64,000 nucleotides of DNA, from NCBI GenBank assembly GCA_028534125.1, contig CM052816.1:29824001-29888000 (forward strand). The letters run 5' to 3'. Below the pieces are notes generated by a model that saw nothing but the letters and a program-made list of their open reading frames with translations, was not told the DNA's origin and made no database searches. This document shows positions 52,986 to 64,000 of the stretch, piece by piece. Position 1 is the stretch's first letter. Each line of letters opens with the position of its first letter. Made by a program: the position numbers and the translations under genes. This DNA comes from Lama glama. Taxonomy: Eukaryota.

Positions 52986-53599
52986 GCAGTACAACCATAC
53001 TGAGTTATTTAACCTTTCCAGCCCTCATTTTTTGAATCTGTAAGATGGAGATGATCAAAAAACAAAAAACAAAAAAACAACCTCTCCTTCATGGTGTGAT
53101 TATGAGGAGTAAACAGACTAAACACCTGAAAGTATTTAGAACAGTGCTTGATATGTAATAAGGGATAGGTAATGCTTTTATTTGTAGTGGGTTTTTCTAC
53201 CAAAACCCCCTTAATTCCAGGTTTTTTTCAATCCTTCACTGTTTTTCAAATGGCTAAGGTCTTGTCCACTCAAGTGTGTCACAATATTCCTTTTGCCTCT
53301 TTCTTTCTGTCTCTAAAAATTCTTTGAGCACTAAATAATTCAGGTATTACAATGATTTTAGTCATTTTTGAATCTATTTATCTACAGAATTCTTTCAAGT
53401 TTCTGAAGATATAGTATCAGCATTTGCTAATCATAGCTACACCCTGAAATGCTGCATCAAAGATGAGAAAAGACAGCAGAGATGAATGTTGGATGTTAGA
53501 GGAAGGAACAGGCATTAAACCACCTTTTTGTTTAAATTTGTATTTGTGGGATTGCTAGTGAGGTGGCCCCTCCCATTAGTTTTTTTTTTTTTTTACCAA

Positions 53600-55010
53600 T
53601 TGATTATTTTCTTTTCTAAATTGCCTGTTCCTGTCCTTCGTCCATTTATCTGTTGGGGTTCTTACTGGCTTGCACCTTGATTTACATGAGCTGCTCAAAA
53701 TTACTAAAACCTGTTTGTCATATTTGCAGGAAATATTTGTTTTTAACATTTGTCTTTAGATCTCAGGTATGTATGAAATGTCTTGAAATTTTACCTAACT
53801 ACATCTGCTGGCCACATGTTTTGAGATTTCCTATGTTGCTTTTAAAGTTGGAGAATTTTCGGCTCTGTAAAGATTTGGCAGTCACTTATATTGTGACAAA
53901 GTTTATAAACTTTGACTTGTTGAAACATTTAACTTTTTTTTATCTCCTTAAAGCTTATACTGTTCATTGCTTGAGATAGATATTTAAACTTTTTTTTTAA
54001 CAAAGGAGAAAATGTTTTAATGCTATTTATTAAATCCATGGTACTCCTTTGATCACATGTTAATTTGCTCTATACCTGCCCTGTCCAGTATAGTAGCTTG
54101 TGACTTTATGTGACTATTAAGCACCTCACTATATGGCTAGGCCAAACTGAGATGTGCTGTAAATGTGAAATATGTACTGGATTTTAAATACTTAGAACAA
54201 CAACAACAAAAGAATGAAAACACCTCAACAAGTTTTGATATTTATGATATTTATAAATGATAATATTTTGAGCATATATATGATATATTAATGACATAAA
54301 CACTATATAAACATTATTAAAATTATAATTTCACTCTTTCTTTTTATGTTTTGAAATGTGGGTATTAGAACATTTTAAAATTATACATGTGGCTCCTATT
54401 ACATTCCTCTTGGACAGCTGCTCGATACGTTAGGCTTTGTTTCTGTACAACTGATTTTTCTCTCAGTGCTGTCTGCAGATTTAATGATTGCAGCTTTATA
54501 ATGTGTTTTCAGATCTGATTGAACTAGTTTCTTTCATCTCTAATCTTTATCTTTTTTTCCTCATTTATTTTGTCTGTTTATTCTTCTAGATAATTTAAAC
54601 ATTTTTTGCCAGGTTCCAAGAAAATTAAATCCCTCTGGGACCTTGATTTAAATCACATACAATTTATAAATTGATTTTAAAACAAGTGACATCTTATAAG
54701 ACTGAGTCTTTTTTTTTCCCCCAAGGAAATAACATCCCTTTTCATTTCTTTTGCCTTTTTTTTTTTTTACATTTCTTAGAAAACTTTGTGTTTTTCTTCA
54801 TTCAAACTGTATACATTTGTTATATGGATTACTGTTAGGTATAATGTTTTTTAATCGCTATTTTCAATGTCAGTTATTATTCCAATACCTTTTCTAACTG
54901 GTCTATGTTGGTTTACTAAATGTAACCTTTAAAGATGTACCTTGCAACTATTTTTACTTAGCATTTAAAAAATTAACTCTGATAGCTTTTCAGCCGACTC
55001 TCCTGAGTCA
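53600..55010 (-). mobile_element. Old L1ME-like fragment
   Basis: aattgcctgttcctgtccttcgtccattt, gcagctttataatgtgt, gacatcttataagactgagtctt. Confidence 0.7.
54075..54423. mobile_element. MER33-like hAT-Charlie MITE nested in L1ME
   Basis: Inverted ends ctgtcca / tggacag. Internal aactgagatgtgctgtaaatgt.aaata and aaaattatacatgtggctc. Confidence 0.85.
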
Positions 55011-58000
55011 TTCTCCTTGTCAAGTTAAAGTGCCATATCGCAGTAAGCTCCAAGTGAGCTCTTACAGTTCTTTCCAAAACTCTAGCTGTAGAAATCAAAT
55101 TTTTGAACAAAGCAGAATGTTTAGATCTAAAGTCTTATTGTTTATTTCATATGGAATTTTATCAGAACTTATCTGTAATACTGGGAATCACAGAGGCAGA
55201 ATGATTTGTGTGTGTGTGTCGTTTTTGTTTCCAAGGATGTGATACAAGGAGTAAGGAAAAGGGTACGTGATTCAGAGGGCACAGCTGCTAAACGTACTTG
55301 GGACCGTGTATGCCTGAGCACGACAAGTTGTAGGAAAAAGTTGTTGGCTTCTGATAGTTCTCTTCTGCTGGGCACTTGGAATTGCATTCGTCACCCCAGA
55401 TGGTTACACAGGCTCGCTGAGTATCTTCTCAACTGGGATTTCCCCTTGAAACTCTCTGCCTTTTTCTTTGATCTCTGGGAGCCTGGGGCTTAGGTTTCAT
55501 TCTTGCTACATGATTATAGGAATTCAATTTTTATTTGGTCTTAAACATTTTTCCTTTCTGCTCCCTACCCATATCCTTTTACTAATGCCTTTAAAAAAGC
55601 CCCCTTTTTTTTCGGGTAGCATGAATAATACTTTTATTTCATTAAAAACTAGTAGTTTATTTTTAACAAAAATCTCCGAGCACAAAATCACTCAAGTATT
55701 ACAATGATTTTAGTCCTTTCTGAATCTACTTACATGCAGGGTTATTTCTAATTACAAAATTGATGACATTACTAAGTTTTCTCATAGTAGCTGCAGCAGC
55801 ACAAGGCAAGGCAAGAAAGAGAAGGGCCTGGGGGAAGGACACCTCCTTATTAGGAGTGTTGCTACTCAAGACGATCAGAGATCAAACCAAATTAATATAA
55901 ATCTTTCAAAAGGTAACATGTATTCGTAGATTAGCTCCAACCCTTGCCTTAAATGGGAAAAAGAATTTTCTCTATTGATATATTTAAACAAATACCTGAC
56001 TACCCACAACAAAATGTTTCCCCTCTATGTAACTTATGGGACAAGAGACAGGCCCTAGAATTTTTTTGTGCTCCTGAGGGATGACTCCCCACAGCTCCCC
56101 CAACCAGAATTCCATCAGGGCGCTGCCACGTGGCTGGCCGAAAACATCTGGAAAAATGAAATTGCTGTTATGTGTATATAGTGCATGTTAAGTACACACA
56201 CACACATATACTTAATGTGGAATGAAGTCTACCGAGAAATGTTATAGTGATATGGTGCAGGTGTGTGTGTGTGTGTGTGCGTGTGCATGTGTGAGATGAA
56301 GCTCTATCATTCCAACCTACTGGGACTTTTATGTAAAGGGAGATTATTTATATGTGCTTGCCATGTGGTATGTGAGTCTCTTGCCAAGTACTCTAGTTAT
56401 TTAGCTTATTTCCTGGGTAATATAATCGGAAAAGCAAAGCCTGTAGAATTTAAGGTGTTACACGTCTCTTCAGCCCCGAGTGAGAAATCAGTTTAAATGA
56501 GACAAGAATATGTTCATTTGTATTCCAAGCAGAGATGAGGAAATATCTTATAAATTTTTAATCCACCAAGTGGCATGTATTATCCTGAGCTATTGTGCTG
56601 GGTCAGGCAGCATTTCATACCTCCATTTAGAGAGGAATCTGCTGTGATGCAGAGGACAGCACCATTCCTTCCTCTGCCCCCACAAATACCAAAATAATGA
56701 ATTTTAATGAAGGGGTAAAATTGTGGGGGTTTATTCTTATCCACATCCTATTCACTGAAGCAACATGGATTTTTCTTTCCCCTCAAACCAACACAGAACT
56801 CAAAGTGTATTTTAAAGTAAAAGAAAAAAAAAACTCATAGTAGAGAGAAATATATATATATACATATATTTTTAAATACAGTGTATTTTAAAACTGAATA
56901 TATTATATTCTACAGCAGTCAGACCCATTATATTGGCTAACTCTAACATATAAAAAATGAAAGCATTATTATATCCTAGCCATTATTAATCTTTAATTAT
57001 TTATATCATTTATTAAGATTAAGCATAACCTTAATAAAATACATCACATTTTTGTAATTATTAATTACTGTTGCACAAATAAATCTTTACTAATTAAATC
57101 CAAATGTTCACAGTATAAATTGTCAAAGTTACTAAAAAAGATATATATCAAATAGATTATTAACTTTCTCTTGCCCACTTATTTACGACCGGAAGTAGGA
57201 GATCAAAACATCTTAGGAGATCTTGGTAGGTGAGTATGAATATATCTTTGAACCAAAAAGTAAAAGTGAGGGCATAAGGTTTTAGGGTTGTTTTTGGCGA
57301 GGACTGGAGTTTATACATTTCAGATGGTTTGTGTATTTCAGGGAGAGTTTGTGTATGACAGGGAGAATTGATCCATTTCAAGTTTAGAGTGTTTAACCAA
57401 CTGGACGTGCGTCTGCACTTAATAGTACAGTAAAAGTAAGACCCTCTAAATAGTTGGGTGGCTAAAATCCTCTTCAGCTCTGTCATGTACCAAATTCTCC
57501 GTTGTAACTTAGTGACTTGGGGCACAATGCAGTGCTAGCCCTACATTTAGTTACTGTCAAGGACTCGGGATATTTTCAGAGTGTGGATAAGGGTTTCTCT
57601 GGGAACATAACTGAGGTGGGAACCAGGATGAATATTTCCTGCCTGAAACGTCTTGGTGAGTGACCCTGCCCCTGAAGTTGACGTGGTAAACTAAGATGAT
57701 GGCAGCCATCAGAAAAACGTGCTTCTGTTATCCTGTCATTTCCTTGAAAAAGAGCATTGTAATAAGAATAGGATTTGTCAGTAAAACTCAATATGCAGTA
57801 AGATATTTAAAAATTGTACTGACTAAAGTTCAGTGGGCATCAGGGGTTACAACATTCTCTCTGAGTGAGGAGGTCAGAATTTCAGTGGTGCCAGAAATCA
57901 AGGTCTACTGAAGTGTGAGGTCGTGGGAATGGCCAGGCCCGCAGTAAGAAGGGGAACCCCCTGATGGCCAAGGGGACCTTTGATGTTTGACCTTGGCAGG

Positions 58001-61000
58001 CTCTGCCTCACCTCTGTTTCTGATCTTAGACAGGATAACCTCCTAACTAACCTAATTGGTTGTCCAGCACACTTCTCCTGCTGTTCAGCCCCAACTCAAA
58101 TGAAAACGGCTAGATAATTAAGCTCTTTCTTAGCTGCCTCCAGCCTGGCCTTTTTGACAGTTTGGTCAGCAGGCTGGCTGACCCTGCAGAGCCCTTTTGC
58201 CATCGTCCCTTTAGTTCATTGGAGTGGGTTTTTAGCATCCTTACAGTGAAGCCTACTCACTGGGTGCTTTCACTAGCCCATGTCTGGTGCCAGGCAAATA
58301 GCGCTCTTAACACTGGACATGGCCAAATTATTAAAGCGCCTTCAGTTCCATCCCGCAGTGGCCTTACACTTCACTGCCTCCACCCTGTACCTTGCTCACC
58401 CCCTCTGACCCTGTTGAACAGCAGTTCTTCACACGACATTCTCAACAAGGTTGTTTACTCTGGGTGCCCAGTGAGCTTGTGCCTTATGTAAAAGTTCTCA
58501 GCTTTGAGATATGCCCAAGAGGGCACACTCTTCAGCTGCTAAAAGAATTAACCTTTTAGCCAAGGATGGCCCTTATTTCTAGGTGTGCTTTCCTGGCCCA
58601 AGTTTGAGACCATTTAAAAATGTCACTGTATTTATGGAGATTTTTACGTCTATGTATAGATCAGTTTCACAAGTCAGAGTAACCAAGGGTGAGTAACAGT
58701 CTATGCCAGCTGTGTGATTAAGAATGCCAGCTTATTTTTAAAGTGGCTCTGTACAGTCAACCCGATTATTTATGAAAATAGGAGAAAGGAATGATAGGGA
58801 TAATAAAAGTCCATTTGTAATTTCAGATCTCATGTGGATGAATTGTTCAACCTGCTCCCTGCCAGCTAGAGAGAAGGAGAGGCAAATGGGGCACAGGGTG
58901 GACACGTTAGATTCTCAGGCGATCGGGATTCTTGGGTGGGAGAGAAAATGCTTCTTAGCTTTGTAAATGCTTACTGAGTTGTTTAGACTGATTTGATCAG
59001 TACATACAGGGCTGTTACAAGGTAGGTGTGCTACAAATTCTAATTCCCCTCACCCTTAGTGTTTCCTGCCTTATTTGTATGTGTATGCTGGGTGCATTTA
59101 TTCACAATAACTGCACCGGCACCCCAAATTCTCCATGCTACACCCCCACCCCGGCACCTCACACTCCACTGTAGATACCCAGCACAAAGGGGCACTCTCA
59201 CAGTCTTAGCCACCACCCTTCCACTTTTCTTCTCCCCCTTCTGTCCCAGTGTATTTTCTCTTTCTTATTTCTTCTTCTTCCCTACTGGTCACAGAGGACT
59301 TGATCCCAGCGAGTGGGCTTGAGAAAGGAGACTGAGAGATGGCGGCAGGAAGGAGGATAAAGGTCTTAGAACTTGGTACAGCTGAAGAATTTTTCTATTC
59401 AAAAGGTACCTCTTGAACGCAGATCGAGTGGTAGTTGTAGGCAGCCCTATTTTGATGGCTCTTGAGGATACAGTTACGATTGCAGCAGGGTGAATGGGGA
59501 GTAGAAAAATTGAACAGAACCGATTCAGAATGATCTCAAATGCAAAGTAGGAAAACAGAGTGATTTCACAAAACTACTGCATGAAAAACACTGAACACGA
59601 AACTCTAGGATGCTGCTATGGAACTCTCATTTAAAAGGGAAAAGGACACAGATCCGTTAGCTTCCTAGGCTTTTACGTGCCCCTGTGCAGTGAAGCAGGG
59701 CTGTAGAATGGAAGATTCTGGGGGGAGAGGGGGCTAGGCTAGGCGGAAGGAAGAAATGACCTCTGCTCAGTGTCGCTATGGGGAAGGGGCCGTGTCAGGG
59801 CTGCCTGCAGTTTCCCTGGAATTCATGTGAAATTCTCCCTGTTGCTCTGCTGAGTAACCACAATCGTGGTTTCCCTAATTTCTATTGAAAAATAAGTTAA
59901 TGGATAGAAATCTAAGTTGTCAAATCTTTGGCTTCTGCCCTGCTTCTCTGCAATACAGTCTGAAACAAGAAGGTCTAAAATTTAATCTCAAATGATAGCA
60001 TGTTAATTTCAACAGATTGCCAGAGCTCAGTGCGCTGAGAGACCTCCCTGCCATCATGAGTTCTGCTGTCTTGGAGTTTAAGTCCTGCCTTCATACTTGG
60101 GCTTTTCCACTTCCGAGCTTGCTCACCCCTGGGAACCCTCTCACCTCGCTGGATCTTGGGTTTCACAGATTCTGCAAATTGGGACACGAGCAATCAAAGC
60201 ATAAGGTTGGTATGATTGATTTCAATTGTGCCTGTTTAAAGTGCTCAGCCCCTTATCACGGTGTATGACACATACATATGCCCAATACATGTTTTTCCTC
60301 TTTCTTTCTTTACTTTTCCTGAACAAGCAGGAAAACCGCAAGTAGAGGAAACACAGTTTTTTGTTTTTAGTTTTACGACAATATAGTTTCTCTCGAAGTA
60401 ACCTAGACCAGTGTTTTCAGAGTTTCATCAAATCTTACCTGAACACTCTCTATACAACAGATCATATGAAGCTTGGCGAGGGGCCTGGGGTTTCCACTCT
60501 TCAGTTCCCCAAGCAGCATTTGCATTGTGTTCTGTGTGAACAGCTCCTTTAATTCGATGTCAAGAGTGACCCCTGGAGTTGTGCACTGAGATGTATTCTT
60601 TGGCATCTCCATGAGCTACATCAACTCTGTGCCAACGGTAATTCATTAGAATTACTTGTTTTCTCCCAACTTGCTTACTTATCTGAGATATTTTAATGGC
60701 ATCATGCTGGACCCAAAAAGAATAAATCAGAATGCTACATCGCAAATTCTCTCTGAGACCAAGAGGAGAGAAGCACATGCTCAGGGGATGCTGAAACACC
60801 TGGGGCCTGGACAGGGCACAGTTCCCCTGAGGCATTTCATTATGAGAGAGGACGCTCCGTTCTTAAGCAACGTGAGGCAGCTCTCAGCACATTTCTCAAA
60901 GGTTATTGCTTATCCCTGGCTTTACTTTGATGCCTGAGGTCAAGATGAGGTAGAACACTTACTCAGATCCCTGGCCTGTTGTGCATTTCCTGCTGATAAT

Positions 61001-62556
61001 GTGTAAACAATAGGTTTTAATAGAAAGTTACGGAAGAAAGTTTCTTGAAAAACTGAGCTCCCTTATATGTGCTCATTGATGCTTAACTCGATGGAGCGTC
61101 GGCACCCAGAATATTAAATCCTTTTTACACAATTAGGCTGTGCGCTTATGCATACTAACAAGGTGTGAGTGCGGCATGTTTATCTTCTTCCTGAGGATTA
61201 TAAATTCTTTTGGCAGGCACTGTCTCTTTCTGTTTCACCGTGTAGTATGTGCCCAGAGGCAACCATTCTTTGCCAGAGCGCATCCTCGAAACAACAGAAA
61301 TCTGATGGTTAAAGAATGGCCTGTAATGTATGTTTCCAATATGTTGCACTTTCCCTCACTCATATATGTACCAGCCACTCGGTGGCTGCCCTCCTGCATC
61401 TGTTGTATTTATTATGTTGGTTTTCGAAATAGAGCCTTTATTTTGCAATCATTTGAAGAAGAGAAATACAAGTTGTTAGAGTATAGAGACCATTCTTTGT
61501 TTTTGATTTAGGACAAATGACTTAAATGGCCAATGCAAGAGCCAATTTTTAGTCCTCTGCTGCATTTGGCAATATTTTGGGAATTGGAAAATGTCTTATG
61601 CTCTCACTGTATTTGATTTTTTCTTTCTTTATTTTGCTTTTCCCCATCTTGTTGTATCTCAGAATTGAAGTAAAAGTCTTGACCAGCAGTTCCTTTGATG
61701 TTTCCATCCCAGTCTCTATCAGACAATTGAATGAGAGGTCATACCTTTGGAGTCTGATTGCTGGGTCAGAGAGCCGTGAGCGCATTCTTATTCTCAGGAG
61801 GGGAGCTATCCTGGGTTACAGAGAGACAAGGAGCAGGAGGAAGAGGGAGAAGAAAAAATTTCCCTGTCTCTCTGAATGTTATGAATCCAATAGCCCATAT
61901 GACTGTACTAACCATTTGCAAGTGGTCAGCGTTACGTTGTAGATATGTAAGTTAGCATCCACCAGTGTAGTTCTATCAGATAATTTCCTTTCATCCTTTA
62001 TAGCCAAATTTGAAAGTAATGGTACACCTTACCTTTTCATGACTGAACAATAGGCGCTTCATAATTGTCTGCTAGGCACCCAAGGCTGGGCTCCCACAGA
62101 TGTGGTGGGGGCCGTGCGCTTACTGCTTGCAGTACATCAATTTGACACATTGGTTATTTGCTTCCTCCACTCTGCTAACCACAGTGGATCTCAGCCTTTA
62201 TATGTGAAACCAAGAGAAGTGACTGGAGATGAAAATGAATATTAATAATCTATTGCAAAGGTGGCCGCTGGCTGTAATTCATTCTGAGTAATGCTGGTAA
62301 GGACTCTGAACACATGGCTGAGAGTCTTCAGACATATGAATGATCCTCTCACACAGAAGCAGCTGGGTGCATCTGTACCCCCTGCAAGCTTCACTGTGTG
62401 TGTGTCTACATCTTCTATAGACATCATTTTCTTATAAGCATCCTATCAATTGGGACTAGATCATAGTTCTGTCATAGAGACAGATTTTTGTGTGCGGTGG
62501 TATCACTCATGTACCACGGATGGCAGTATGTTTTAAATAAAGGCCTGCTAATTCTT

Positions 62557-62666
62557 TAATATATTTTTATTGGAGTATAGTCAGTTTACAATGTTGTGTC
62601 AATTTATGGTGTACAGCACCATGCTTCAGTTATATAGGAACATACATATATTCGTTTTTATATTCT
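62557..62666 (-). mobile_element. 110-bp camelid-type L1 3' end with perfect 17-bp TSD
   Basis: TSD AAGGCCTGCTAATTCTT at 62540-62556 and 62667-62683. Body is tttttattggagtatagtcagtttacaatgttgtgtc. Confidence 0.93.
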
Positions 62667-63309
62667 AAGGCCTGCTAATTCTTGACATTATCCTTATTTT
62701 GTAGGTAAGTTGGAAGTTGTGTGGAAATAGTGCAGATCATTATTTTATATATATATTTACATATACACCCAACTTGCATGCTTGGGGAAAAAAGCACTAG
62801 CTTCTTTTTTTCTGAGGTTGCATCCAGAGATCAGGAAAGAAAAGTAGAAATGTGCTCAGGTTATTAGCAAAGACATAGATGCAGTGGCAGTGGGAATTTA
62901 ATTGGGGAAGAGGACTGTAGGATGCGTTGGGACGGTCAGCTGTCAGAAGATCTGGATGGGATGTAGGCAGAGAGAGGACTGTCCTCGCAGTGTCTCACGG
63001 CCCCGGGGAAGTCATGTACCCTCCTGTCTCTTTTGTGCAGAGTTGGCAATTGTTTTTCTTCAACGCAAGAGGGAAACGTGTGGAACAGAAAGATGGAGCC
63101 ATGCAGGTACAAGCAAGAGGGAGAAATCTGAAAGCAAATCTTTGCAGGTTTTTAAAGGCCCAAGAAAACTCTGCTGAAGGGCTGGTCCTGAGTTTGTGTG
63201 GTAGACAGCTCGAGGCCCTAAGGAAATTCCCATCCTCGGCCAGAGAGCAGGTAACAGTAATGATAAAAATGACAAAGATAGTGGCAGCCACAGTGATTGT
63301 ACGGACAGC

Positions 63310-63480
63310 CTGCATTTACAGAGCAGTTTCTAGGTGTAGGTTACTGTGCTGAGCATTTGACATGCATGATCTTATTTAATACAGTAGTCACAGAAAGATT
63401 GTATTATCACACCCATTTTACAAATGAGGAAGTCAAAGTCAACAGAGGTTAAATCACTTGCTTAAGGTCATACAACTAGT
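63310..63480 (-). mobile_element. MIR SINE
   Basis: cccattttacaaatgaggaagtc...agaggttaaatcacttgcttaaggtcatacaactagta. Confidence 0.85.
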
Positions 63481-63589
63481 ATTAAAAGTAAGTTAAATAT
63501 AATCAAAAGGGGAACCGTATTGCTCTTAGGTGTTTGTAGCTCTGAAGTTTTTTTCTTTTTTTTCTGGAGGAGTAAAATTATGATTCTCA

Positions 63590-63745
63590 TTCTTGGCTAT
63601 GCTTTGGAATCACTGAGGAGCTTTCAAAACTGGTGCCTGATCCTACCTCCCGGACATATTGTTCCATTGATCTGAGGTGTGACTTGGGAGTTTCACAAGC
63701 TCCCTAGGAGATTCTGATATGGTGACTAGTTTTGAAAATCCTGGC
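63590..63745. mobile_element. MER5-like hAT MITE
   Basis: ttggaatcactgaggagctttcaaaa...aagctccctaggagattctgatat. Confidence 0.65.
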
Positions 63746-64000
63746 TCTCAAGTAGATTCTCTTCTGTTTTCTCCAGACTTTCATCTGAGTTCATCATTTA
63801 ATTTAGCCATAATTTGTGAGCGTTTTATTTATTATCTGACACCTTGTTTTGTCTGCCCTCCTTGCAGAACATAGCTCTGTAAAGGCACAAACCATGTCCA
63901 TCTTATCCACCCCTGAATCTTCAGAGTCTGTGCTGGATAAATAAAAATGAATATGTACCATCTCTCTGTAAAAATAGTTAATCACCAATCAGAAAGTATC

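Noticed and set aside
56650..56665. GGACAGCACC, REST/RE1 right half-site
   Set aside because: The left half (TTCAGCACC) is absent.

Overview
AT-rich, CpG-depleted placental-mammal DNA, probably camelid. The young L1 3' ends resemble Vicugna/Camelus L1 as I recall it, and I see no Alu, B1, Bov-tA, BovB or PRE-1. I find no supportable protein-coding gene, RNA gene, CpG island or CRISPR array. The only ORF-track peptides I recognise are decayed L1 ORF2 and Tigger2 transposase fragments. The window is dense in fossil repeats: MIR, L2, old L1M, MLT1/MLT2/LTR16 LTRs, a 2.5 kb Tigger2-type element and hAT MITEs. Most L1s are on the minus strand, which suggests a long intron of a plus-strand gene that I cannot name. 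Best observations: (1) an L1 insertion at 8.2-8.5 kb with 14-bp TSDs carrying a ~68-bp 3' transduction; (2) it sits in the tail of an apparently older TSD-flanked, non-L1 insert (8.54-9.01 kb); (3) a polyadenylated, TSD-flanked retrocopy of an ERV LTR fragment inserted into a palindrome (49.6-49.85 kb); (4) a recursive-splice-like AG|GTAAGT site (62.7 kb) next to an L1 insertion whose TSD duplicates the likely branch point; (5) an old ~80-bp duplicated unique element (53.3/55.7 kb); (6) a candidate internal promoter with two small exons (57.2-57.7 kb). Repeat family names come from recalled consensus sequences, and boundaries are approximate unless TSD or TIR coordinates are given.
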